Shown: piece after piece, positions 10,734 to 22,239 of the stretch
Numbering within the stretch: the stretch's first letter is position 1
How the letters are laid out: each line of letters begins with the position of its first letter
Assembly (NCBI GenBank): GCA_051294375.1
Contig: CM119264.1
Coordinates: forward strand, 24,220,002-24,284,001
Reading direction: 5' to 3'
DNA length: 64,000 bases
Source of the DNA: Paraspadella gotoi
Taxonomy: Eukaryota > Animalia > Chaetognatha
Notes under the pieces: generated by a model
What the model was told of the DNA's origin: nothing
Seen by the model: only the letters and a program-made list of their open reading frames with translations
Database searches by the model: none
Program-made: the position numbers and the translations under genes

Positions 10734-11129
10734 TTCAAATGATAGCTGAGAATTTATTTGCATACCAGAAGAAAAAATTGAAACTTAGTAGAAATAATAA
10801 TTTATTAATAATTAAATAGCTCAGTACTTCCTCTAAGGTGCAAACATGAAATGAAAAAATAAATGTGTTTATGAGGTTCACATTAACTTGCTTCACAGAA
10901 GTCTCTTCACACTCACTATTTTTGATCATATAAGTTTCTTCTTCTAAATTTCTATTGTCAGGGGGCAGAAGTAGTCAAGCTTTTAGACAAAGAAGGAACT
11001 GGTTTCTAACTGACAATAGAAATTTAGAAGTGTGTGCTCTTTAATTATTAATAAATTATTATTTCTACTAAGTTTCAATTTTTTATTCTAGTATGTAAAG
11101 ACCGAATAAATTCTCAGCTATCATTTGAA
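10734..11129. mobile_element. Foldback / MITE-like element with nested inverted arms
   Basis: 10734-10820 (ttcaaatgatagctgagaatttatt...aaacttagtagaaataataatttattaataattaaa) is the reverse complement of 11036-11129. The inner 21 bp cttctaaatttctattgtcag (10941) pairs perfectly with ctgacaatagaaatttagaag (11010). Confidence 0.7.
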
Positions 11130-11380
11130 ACAATATCTTGTATGAATAATTTCTCGTGAAAATTCGTGGTGAGAAATTCACCGGCGAGGAATTTTCACGA
11201 CAGCACAAAAAGAAAAAAAAACCTTTGCATCTTTCGCCTCATAATTGGACCACCCATATTTTAAAAAATCAATGGTTCCTTTCCGCCCATTTTTCTTTCT
11301 TCACCTTCACAGTTCTTTTCACCCTTTCCTATATCACCCTCCTCCCTCTTTCACCCTTTTCATTCTTTTCCACGCCCTTT

Positions 11381-11513
11381 TGAGATTCCATTGAAACCAC
11401 CATCTCTCACAGAGATACTCTCTTTGAGATTCCATTGAAACCACCATCTCTCACAGAGATTCTCCCTTTTGAGATTCCATTGAAACCACCATCTTTCACA
11501 GAGAGTCTTCTTT
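11381..11513. repeat. Minisatellite, 3 x ~44-45 bp
   Basis: Unit tgagattccattgaaaccaccatctctcacagagat(a/t)ctc.cttt repeated three times head to tail. Confidence 0.9.
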
Positions 11514-11789
11514 GGAATTTAGTCGGAACCATAAACCGAATAAAGACGAAGGAAAACCTGAATTTAAAAAGAAAAAAATATATCTAAAAAACAAAGTAAA
11601 ACTCGCGAAGATAAAGATAATGAGTTACGAGAAGAGAAATTATTGTTTTCCATTAATTTTTCAATTTAATTTTTCTTCTCTGATTCTTTTTTTCTTAAAC
11701 AAAGGAAAATATTATGAAGTGGGCGGAAATGACTCGAGTATTTTTTCTCTCCGTTCCTCCTTTTATATGGAAATGAAGATTCTAGTTTC

Positions 11790-11875
<86 letters not shown>

Positions 11876-12700
11876 ACAACCTCCGAGCAAACACAAAGAG
11901 AAGAGGAAATTCATTAATTTGGTTTTGGGTTTTTTGGAGTGACTTTTCAAGTGGTCGACTCTCAGTTCCTCGATTTCCGACGTTTCTATGGCGCTTTTCT
12001 CTGTTGCCATGGCGATGGGTGAGGAAAAATCCGCGCTGCATTTTTTATTTGTTTTCTTCTTTCTTTCTTTTGTTTTTGTTTGATTTTCCTCTTTTTTTCA
12101 TAATAATTTTTTTTTTGTTTTCTTTCTTTTTCTAGTAGGTTAACTCTACATCGTCCTCTAAAAGTTTTCGATTTTTTTATGATCATCAAATTAAGGAAAT
12201 GGATGTTCGTATATTTGGTGTTTCCTTTTCATACTATATTACCTGATACATAATTACATATGTTTCTATAACCCGTCGTTATTTAAAATCTTTCTTTTCC
12301 TTCTCGTAATCACGTGACTTTAGATTTCTCAGATTTCTGACGATCAAATCTCATCTCTTCATCTTTCTCGTTCCTAATCAATTTGTCAACTCGAGGAGGA
12401 GAAAGAATAATATTTCTCTCTCTTTTCTCTCTCTCTCTCTTTTTCTCTCGCTCTCTCTCTCTCTCTTTTTCTCTCGCTCTCTCTCTCTCTCACTTTTTCT
12501 CTCGCTCTCTCTCTCTCTCTCCCTACAATTATCAAGTCGGTTTTCACTATGCACACGAATTCAGACGGAAAGGAAAAAAGCGATGCATCAGGGGAGGAGG
12601 GAAAATCTGAGGTACTTTGGTGAAATAAAGCGAAACGAGAGAGATGAAGTCTCAGAGAGAGAGAGAGAGAGAGAGAGGATATGAGAGAGAGAGAGAGATG

Positions 12701-12770
<70 letters not shown>

Positions 12771-14266
12771 GAGAGAGAGAGAGAGAGAGAGAGTCACCCG
12801 TGTGTATCCGATTTTTTCGTTGCAAAATACAAATCTTTGCGAATTAACAAAAAGATGAACTCAGCATTGATTATTTGTTGCATAATTGATTTTCTCTTTT
12901 TAGGTTTTTCACAATATAACAAACAAGATGGAAGAGAGAGTGGGAGAAAGAGAGAGAGAGAGAGAGAGAGAGNNNNNNNNNNATATAGTCGAGGAACGTT
13001 TAATATTTTTCTTCTTAAATAAAAATGAAGTTATTAATTCTTATTATTTGACTACCGTCAAGTAAAGATCAAAGAAATACCGTGAATGAATCATATCGCC
13101 TTGTAAGAATGACAACTCTGAAAAACTACATTTTAGACTAAACTTATTATTTCAAGGAAAAAGCTATAATGTCGTAAAGAAGAAGAGTCGGAGGAGTAAT
13201 AATCAATCAAAACTGGCGTTCCTTTCTCTTCTTATCTATATTAACAAGAAATTCCAGCGAAAATGGAGGAATGTGATTATCTTTGCCTTCATCGCTTCGT
13301 TTTTTTTTTGCGATGCTTAATAATTAGCTTTAATAATTAGGTTTAATGTCCTGAAGATTTCATTGCTTCATTGACCATTAATGAAGATTTCACGTATAAT
13401 TTGATTCAGGCTTAGAAATAAATATTTTAAATTAAGTTTTTGCCTTCAGAGATTTTTCAAATAATTTTTTTTATCGAAAATTACCACCGCCGCCGCCGCC
13501 ACAGCCGCCGCCGCCGCCGACCGTGTTTACCGTCAAAAGCGTTTGTCATTTCGCATATGGATTCATCCCACGGGCGACGTTCGATGCCGCGGATGCGGCA
13601 GCAGAAGCAGCGGCTGAGCGCAGCAGATGAACGCAGCAACGGCTGTCATATTGAAGCTGCGCTCGACCAACGATGAACGTTGGTCGAACGTCGGCGCGAA
13701 CGTTGGTCAACGACGACGACGACGACGACATATATAAAGTTGACGATGACGAAAATGACGACGACGATGACGACGACGATGCAGGAAATAAAGTTAACTA
13801 ATAACTATGACAGTGATGATGTTTCGATTTTAATATTGATCATAATAAGGACAATAATTAGGATTTTAAACATGACGACGGTGATAATTAATACGACCGA
13901 AGACTAAGTCAACTTTCGACTGTGCCCATATAAAAACGGAGTATTTTGAAATTTAAATAGCTATGCTTGAAATGCTCAAAAAATTTTAATCGAAATCGGA
14001 AATTACTTGAATCACGCAGAAGAGCTTTAAAAGAATAATACTAGGTGCATAGCATTTAACATTTTATAATTGTTCAGTGATTTAGCGAACAAAACTCCTA
14101 ACCACCCAAATTCGCCACCTCTATCTCGTCCGCATCCAAACTCACCACCTTCACAGAATTCATTTCCACCCTCACAATGGCCTCCTCCTCACCCACCGTC
14201 CCTCCCCACCTCCACCCTTTCCGCGTTACGACGAAGTGTCAACTTCAGTCTCCTTCGATCCTTCAT

Positions 14267-14298
<32 letters not shown>

Positions 14299-14815
14299 CA
14301 CGATGTGACGAGAAAATACAACGTCATCTCAATATGGTCATTTGTGGTTTTTGCTCGAGACTCCAACGCTTTTATGGCGCTTATGAAAAGATTATGACGC
14401 TGCGAGACTCTCTCTCTCTCTCCTCTCTCTCTCTCTGTTTTCTCTCTTCGCTTTTTCTCTCTTCGCTTTTCTCTCCTATATTTAACAAACTCTCGTTATT
14501 AACTTGCTTTCACAATCACTTTCTAAATTCAACTTGAGAACATTAATTTTATTTAAAAAAAAAAATTTTCTCCGTTTTAATATTGAACTTTCATACATTG
14601 ACGTTTTAACGTCAACTGATCTGACTTTATCGTGATATAACAAGATTACTTATCGTTTCTGATTCACGGAATCGTCTCACTTTCACTTTCACCTCCTCTT
14701 CCTCCTCCTCTTCCTTCTCCTCCTTCTCTTCCTCACCCCCGGAGGCGCCTTTTTTTGAATAAGCTTCAATTAGACTCATGCTCTTCCGCCTTTTATCGCT
14801 AATAACTCCACGACC

Positions 14816-14855
<40 letters not shown>

Positions 14856-15003
14856 GAGTCGCTCGCACACACAAAAACGCTCTTGTTTTTCCGTGACGAT
14901 CCTCTTCCTCTTCCTCCTCCCATTGGTTCCATAACTTACGGAATCGACGGCGGTGAAAATCGAACATGGGGAAAAATTTTCGTCGCCGAGAGATGAGAGG
15001 AGA

Positions 15004-15044
<41 letters not shown>

Positions 15045-15051
15045 CCTGAGT

Positions 15052-15086
<35 letters not shown>

Positions 15087-15410
15087 GATTCCGTCGTCTC
15101 GCTTCTTCTTCATAATCTCCCTGACGAATAATTCCTTTCAAGTTTTCGCAAAACTGAAAAAAAAAAAAATTCAGCAAAAAAAAAAAAGATGAGAGAAAAG
15201 AAAATTTCAAAAAATACTGCAACAATGTGAAATGCATCGGAGACATTCAGTGGAAGCAATTAGAAACATTCAGCTCTAAAAATTGACGAATCGACCAAAT
15301 CATTTATTCGGAAACATCATTTTCCTTTCAAACTTTTCCGGCAAAAAGAAACAACAGACTCTGCCTGACCCGAGCTAAACCTACCCTACCACGCCTCCCC
15401 GACCGCCGCC

Positions 15411-16074
15411 ATGTTTCACCCTCACCTCTTTCCTTCTACCGCGCCTCCATTTCCATTGGGGGCGGCGGATCCTTCTTCTCCTTCCTTTCCTCTTCTTTCC
15501 TCCCACCCTTTCCTTCCTCCTTCCTCCCTTTCCTCCTCTCATTCCTCCTCCTCCTTCGCCGCCCTCTCCTTCCTCAACCACCTCCACCACCTTCCCCCTG
15601 CGCCGCCGCTGCATCTCCAGCCGCCGCCGCCGCCGCCGCCTCAGTCGGCGTCCCTCTCCGCTCTAGACGCCCATCGGCCGCCGTCGCCGCCGCCCCGTGC
15701 ATCTCTGGTACCGCGTTCGGCGCCGGGGCGTTCCGCGGCGTCGCCGATTCGTCCTTCGCGATCTTCGGGCGTCGTAGATTGTCGCGACGCCGGCGGCGCT
15801 CTCGAACGTCTCGTTACCGCGCGAGATGGGCGTTCACCGTCGCCGCGGAATCGATCACGATCGCCGTCGCCACGAGACTCGGCGTCGCCGAACCGGCGCG
15901 GTCGGCGCCAAACGACGTCACCCTTGCGCCGCTCTCCCATCGATGGCGCTAGAGATGCAGCGCCGCCGAAAGCCGGTGTCGTGGCGCCGAAGAATCCGCC
16001 GCTCAAGTTCGGGATGAGCGCCATCTTGGGAACTGGAAGCGGCGCGAAAAAATCGCCGCAGAGCGCCGACGCGG
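15411..16074 (+). CDS. Dbx: Dbx homeobox gene, exon 1 (Pro/Ser/Arg-rich, eh1 Groucho-binding motif)
   Basis: Kozak gccgccATG. LKFGMSAILG resembles the Dbx eh1 motif (LKFGVNAIL in vertebrate Dbx1). Phase-1 donor G|GTTAGT. Confidence 0.8.
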
Positions 16075-16443
16075 GTTAGTTTAAAAAACGCAGAAGTCGT
16101 CGTGAAAGTCGTTGTTGTTGTCGACATTGCTCTTGTTGTTGTGGACCAATTGAGAAAACAAATGAGAAATTGAGAGAATAATGAGAATAAAATGAGACGG
16201 GTGCCGATTGGGAAAGAAGCTTAGATTGTTTTTAGTAAAATTAGATGAAAATGAGAGGAAAAAAACAACAGCAACTGCTATACTATACTATACTATACTA
16301 TACTATACTATACTATCCTACTAAACTACTACTAAATTTAAACCTTAAATAACAAGTTTTAAATCTAAGATTCCCATTCCGGAGCTTTTATTCCTTACCC
16401 TCTCATCCTAACATCCTCAGTTCCTCACCCTTTCCTTTTCCAG

Positions 16444-16760
16444 TCCCCATCCTTCAACACGCCCATCGCTACCCCGAATCCGCGTCCACATCCACGATGA
16501 TCACGCCTTTTCCGACGTCGTTGGCGTCGCTGCGCGTCCCGACGCCGACGCGGCTGGGGCGGCGCTCTCCTGATTCTCCGCCGATGCCGCGACGCCCATC
16601 GCCACTGGCCCTAGCGGCGTCGTCCGGCCGGCGTTCCCCGACGTCGCCCATATTCAGTCACGCCCACGCGTTTAGAAACGCGGCGCCTTCGTTGGCGTTG
16701 ACGCCGACTCGATTCCGCCGGAAATGAGGCATCATTTTGAGTCTTACGTAGCGGGACCAG
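16444..16760 (+). CDS. Dbx: Dbx exon 2 (contains an apparent 1-bp frameshift near 16709)
   Basis: Acceptor ttttccag| is in phase with exon 1 (VPILQHAHRYPES...). The reading switches frame at TPT/SIPPEMRHHFESYVAGP before donor AG|GTGAGA. Confidence 0.6.
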
Positions 16761-16813
16761 GTGAGAGCAGAGAGAGAGAGATGAGAGAGAGAGAGAAGAG
16801 AGAGAGAGAGAGC

Positions 16814-16844
<31 letters not shown>

Positions 16845-16911
16845 GAGAGACGAAAAAACCCATCACCCTTCGTCCATCACTACCTTTTCTCCATCACTCA
16901 TCCACATCCAG

Positions 16912-17147
16912 CCTCTCTCTGCGGCCCCGCCCGAAACGGCGCCGGCCTCACCGACGACCGTCGTTTTCGCCGGCGCCTTTCCATTTTCCTCTCGGTCGGC
17001 GTTTCTCCCTTCAAACCGCCTGACCCATCCTCCACGATGACGTCGTCTTCAGGGTCGTCGTCGTTCGTCGTCGTCGTCGTCTTTTGCTACACAATCACGT
17101 TTCGTCGCAATCGTATCGAGGCCCGCCGCTTTACGGGTCCTTTGGTG
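16912..17147 (+). CDS. Dbx: Dbx exon 3 (probable; internal frame uncertain)
   Basis: GC-rich segment after atccag|. The end reads LHNHVSSQSYRGPPLYGSFG G|GTGAGT, phase 1, matching the acceptor at 36019. An indel is needed within the TCG run. Confidence 0.5.
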
Positions 17148-17207
17148 GTGAGTTGACATGGAGGAGGGGTGCTGAGGGCGGGGGGGGCTAAGTGGGATGG
17201 AAGTCGA

Positions 17208-17291
17208 ACTGAGTCGATTAATGATTAACTGATTAATGATTAATTGATAATTAATGATATATTAATATATAAACTGAGTCGATTAATGATC
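17208..17291. promoter_or_regulatory. TAAT/TGATTAAT cluster at the start of Dbx intron 3
   Basis: Repeated gattaatgat units, with actgagtcgattaatgat present twice. Confidence 0.35.
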
Positions 17292-18489
17292 AGAAGCGGA
17301 AGAGTTTTGACCAACAATGAAGAGTAATTTTGACTTAATCCAGACATGAGATCGAAAACAGGGAATTATTCGATTGAATCTAATCGAAAATAACGAAGAA
17401 AAATGTCGATATTTTTTGGGACGAATGAAATTGGGGGGGGGGAGGAACCCTTTTTGTACGTAAAAATGACGTCATTCTCTTTTGTGACGTAAAAAATGAC
17501 GTCATTCTCTTGACCGCTCGACGTTGACGGATGACGTCGCGGGAAATTCGGTTTCCCCGCGAGAAAATGCGGATTTTTTTCGAAAAAAGAAAAATCTTCG
17601 ATTCGCGCGATAAAACTGGCGGAGCTTGTCAAAGAAGAAAAAGAAAAAGAAAAAAAAAAAAAAAATACGCGAGAACCAGCCGCCGAAATGGTAGTGGTCT
17701 AGATTGGTGGTCAAACTAAGTGTGGATCATCACCCCCTTAAGGCGGCTTCGACAGATCCCGCTCAAGACAAAGTTGGTCGGTGTCGGATTGTCGGGCTGT
17801 CGGGCTGTCGTTGAATTTCAATCATTTCATGATTCTAGCTCCATTTTTCTGTCATTCTTTCATTAGTTCGGGCTACTGTTTTATCTCACTCGTGGAAAGT
17901 CACAAAATACTAGAAAACTGTTTTAATTGACGTAACGTCTATGTGACGGAGTTTTAGTTTGTAAAAATTAATATTCCGTAATTAATCAATAATATATTTT
18001 GTAAAAGTTAACTAGCAACGATCATCGTAATATTATATTCTGAGATGAAATTATCCCATTTTTATTGTTTGTCAACCAGATTAAAACTAATTTTTAAAGA
18101 TGAATATATATACATATATACGAATGTATTTAGCGACTCAGTCGAATTATAAACTTATAAATTGGAAATCTCAACAAAAAAAAAAAAGAATCAAAATCCA
18201 AAACATTATTCTCTCGGGCGAAGAATCATAATGGAAAGGAAGACCCTAAGTAAGAAGAACCGAATACATTTTGACAAAACTTACTTGTTTGGTTCTTCTC
18301 CTCATATTTTTTTCTTTCCGAATTTATCGTCTATGAACTTGTTTTAGGTTTCTGGGGAATTTTTTCATGATTTCCTATTTATCGTGTCAGGCGCTAGGCG
18401 ACAAAAGGCAGTAGCAAAGGAATATGCAATCAATGAGAGGCAAGGAGAAAAGTTGGCCGCATGCAGAATCTTAAGTGTGAATCAATCAA

Positions 18490-21201
18490 TCCTTATTCGT
18501 CTGTTGCTTTAAACTCTTGTTCGCTAAAACGACTGCTAAGAGAATGCGAAGATCCTAAGAACTGGATTTCATTGGTTTTAGAGCTACTTTCCACGTCTCA
18601 CATTCTCCGCTATTCTCTAACAATTATTATTCAGGTCCGTCTCTGTCCCTATTTTTTTCGACTTTGATTTAATTTTACTAAAATAGGACCTTATTAATTT
18701 TTTTATTAATTCGTCCATTGCCATATGACATTGGAAAACAGGAAAAAAACCCACACCTAATAGCTTTTTTCAGTTTTGTCTTTCTCATATTGGTCTGAAG
18801 TCCTGACTTATAGCATAAAAAGTAGAAGACAAACTCTTGAATAATAATTGAAATATGTTAGTAAAAGAATAGCTGGATTCCTAATCACCGTAACGATAAC
18901 AGCACAACACAAAATTAATTGGTACTAGGGTCTTAACGCAATTAAATTGATTAAACACGACATCGAGTGACGTTAATCGATACGTAACGATAGGGCAGAT
19001 TCACGTAGAACAAGGCCCACCTCTTATATGTGATAATATAAATACACTCTAAACAATTCCTCTATGCAAAGTCACGGCGCGATTATCAGAGCTATTCACA
19101 CTGACGTACTCTCAGTTGTGCCCTTTTATTTTTTTAAATCATTTCAGAGCGATTCGAAGAGCATACAAAAAAGAGCACACCAAAAAGAAAGATGAGGCCC
19201 TAAGATCGAGATCCTCATCTTTAAATTTCACACTCCGGTCTATGTGCATAGAGAAAAGAAACGTGACGGTCGTAATTTGAAAGCCATATCATTTTTCATG
19301 AACTTCACGACGGCAAAAAGCCCAAAAATAAAAAAGGACGAGTCTATTTTCAGATCCCGATAATAGAAAAAGGAGTAATAGGATAGAACATCCAATGCTA
19401 AGGTACTTTTTTAATCATTTCTCCGATTTACTCATATATAATAAAAAATGAAATTGGATATGAGAAAGATGAGATGCTAGCACTGATGTATATGAAATAC
19501 TCTAAATTTACGTTTCGTTACTATTTTTAATTTCCGTTAGTTTCAGTTTCTTTTGCTGTCTTCCAGACTTATTCAAATTGGTATTCTCAGGTTTCCTCGT
19601 CAGGTTTTCAGTTGAGAACCTCGAGGTAGATCATGGATTGTCGCATGAAGAGTAGCCGTTTTCTGAGGGGGATACTGGGATATTCGGTAAGATCTCAGCA
19701 AGTTAAACGCCAAGGAAGAAGGAGGGTGAACGCGAGCAGGAGAGAGAGAGCGACGGAACGGCAACGACGACGAAATGAACAGAAAGAACCAGAGTTTCTC
19801 TCTCTTTTTTATTTATCGTCAGAATGAGAGAAGGAAAGTTATTGTGATTGCTTCGTAATTAGAGGATTAGTAAGAAAAATCCATGACCCTGAGATGTGTC
19901 ACGAGAGAGATAAGAGACTGGGAAATGTTTGATTCCATTTCGATAACAAGAGCACCACCCTTTCGCGAGAAAAAAATGGCTTGTATGAGAATTGCGATTT
20001 TATTAAAAACAAAACTTTGACTTTGCTAATGGTAAGTTTTCAGTGATTTATGATTTCGGGGATGTGCAATACTCTTTTTAATTTATAGTTAAGTTATACA
20101 TTTTTCACAGTTTTTTTAATAATTCGAATAACAAATTCGCTTTATGGCTTGGATATTGACTTATCTCAAGCTTGTAAGGCGCAGCGTGATTCATGGATAT
20201 GTTAGCGCACTTTCAATTCACTTATTATTAGAAATACTTTTTTTTTTATGATGAGGAGAGAGAAGATAAAGAGAGAAGATTAAGCAACATAACGATTGTT
20301 TAAAAGTACATTGAGATAGATGACATTCGTGAAATATTTTCAGTCGTTGATTTTATTTATCCACTTTTTAAGTCCAATCATCGTTTTTCTTCTTTCCTGC
20401 ATTGCAGTCCCCTCTCCTTCCTCCTCGCTTNNNNNNNNNNNNNNNNNNNNNNNNNTGTCTGTTTTAAACTTTGTTGCTAAACGATGCAAATGCGAAGATC
20501 CTAAGAACTGGATATTATTGATTTTATATTTATACATTCATTCCCTATTTTCTTAATCAATTTAATTAGCGTCTCGTCCTAATTTTTTTCACCTTTGATT
20601 TAATTTTACTAAAATAGGACCTTTTAATTTTTTTTCCCCCATTGCCAATGACATGGAAAAAAAAACCCACCTAAAAGCTTTTTTCAGTTGCTTACTCAAT
20701 TGGCGAAATTGACTAACATAAAAAAGAAGACAAACTCTTGAATAATAATTGAAATAATGTTAGTAAAAGATTAGCTGGATTCCTAATCACGTAATAAACA
20801 AAAAAATATGGTACGAGGGTCTTAAGCAATTAAATTATTAAACGAGCGATTTAATCGATACGAACCATTCATAGAACAAGGCCCCCTTTTTTTCTCTTTA
20901 ATTACTTTCCCTCATCTCCGCCGGATTTAGACTTCAAATCTCCGTTTCCCTTTTATTTTTTCTCATTTCGACGTCGAACGACAAAAAAACACAAAAAGAT
21001 GAGGCCAAAGATGCGATCTCATCTTTCGATCGAGAGAAAAGAAATGACGGGTAATTGAAAGCCCAAATCATTTTCATGAACTCACGAGGCAAAAAGCCAA
21101 AAAAAAAGGACGAGTCTATTTCAAGATCGATAATAGAAAAAAGGTAATAGGAATGAAGTCTTTTTTTTATTTCGATGACAAAAAAAAATGAAATTGGATA
21201 T

Positions 21202-21273
<72 letters not shown>

Positions 21274-21930
21274 GAAGGCAACGACGACGAAATGAACAAA
21301 CACCAGACGTTCTCTCTCTTTTCTATTATCGTCAGAATAAAGAATTTTATTTGCCGTAATTAGGATTAGAAGAAAATCCATTGACCCTGAATTTCGAGAG
21401 ATAAGAGACTGGAAATGTTTGATTCCATTCCGATAACAAGAGACCACCCTTTCGAGAAAAAAAATGGCTTGTACTGAAATCGATTTATTAAAAACAACTT
21501 TGACTTTGCTAATGGTAATTTCATGTTTAATGATTTTCGGTGCAATANNNNNNNNNNCTTGTACTGAAATCGACTTATTAAAAACAATTTTGACTTTGCT
21601 AATGGTAATTTCATGTTTAAGATTTTCGGTGCAATATCTTTTTAATTTATAGTTTAAGTTATTCATTTTTTATAAGTTTTTTTTAATAATTCAATAACAA
21701 ATCGCTTTATGGCTTGTTATTACTATCAAGCTTAGGCGGTTTCATGGATATTTAGCGCCTCAATTCGCCTATTATTAATACTTTTTTATTTAAAATTTAG
21801 CAACATAACGATTTTTAAAATCCAACGATAGACTCATTCATATTTTTTTCAGTCGTTGATTTTATTTCCACTTTTTCATCCAATCATCGTTTTTCTTTCT
21901 TTCCTCCTTCCACTCCTCCTCTTCCTCCTC
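18490..21930. repeat. Tandem near-duplicate (18490-20430 vs 20456-21930) across an N gap
   Basis: Colinear blocks (e.g. gcgaagatcctaagaactggat; tttaattttactaaaataggacc). The first copy carries many extra single bases. Confidence 0.85.
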
Positions 21931-22057
21931 CTTCTCCTCCTCTTATTCCCCCCTCCTTCCTTCTTCTCTTTAAGAGGGAAAATCTTCCTTATTTGCTTTC
22001 ACCCTCGCTAATGGGCCGCAAATGGGCCGCCATGGAAGTAAAAGAATATGGGGTTCC

Positions 22058-22156
<99 letters not shown>

Positions 22157-22239
22157 GAAAAGAGCCGACACTTGGAGTATTTTCCTTTCCTTTATTCAAA
22201 TGAGGATTTGACGATTTCCTTTCAAGCGAGAGTGGTGGA

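Noticed and set aside
11381-11513. CRISPR-like array (the unit contains ATTGAAAC)
   Set aside because: The intervening sequences are near-identical rather than unique spacers, there are only 3 units, no cas genes are present, and the context is eukaryotic. It is a minisatellite.
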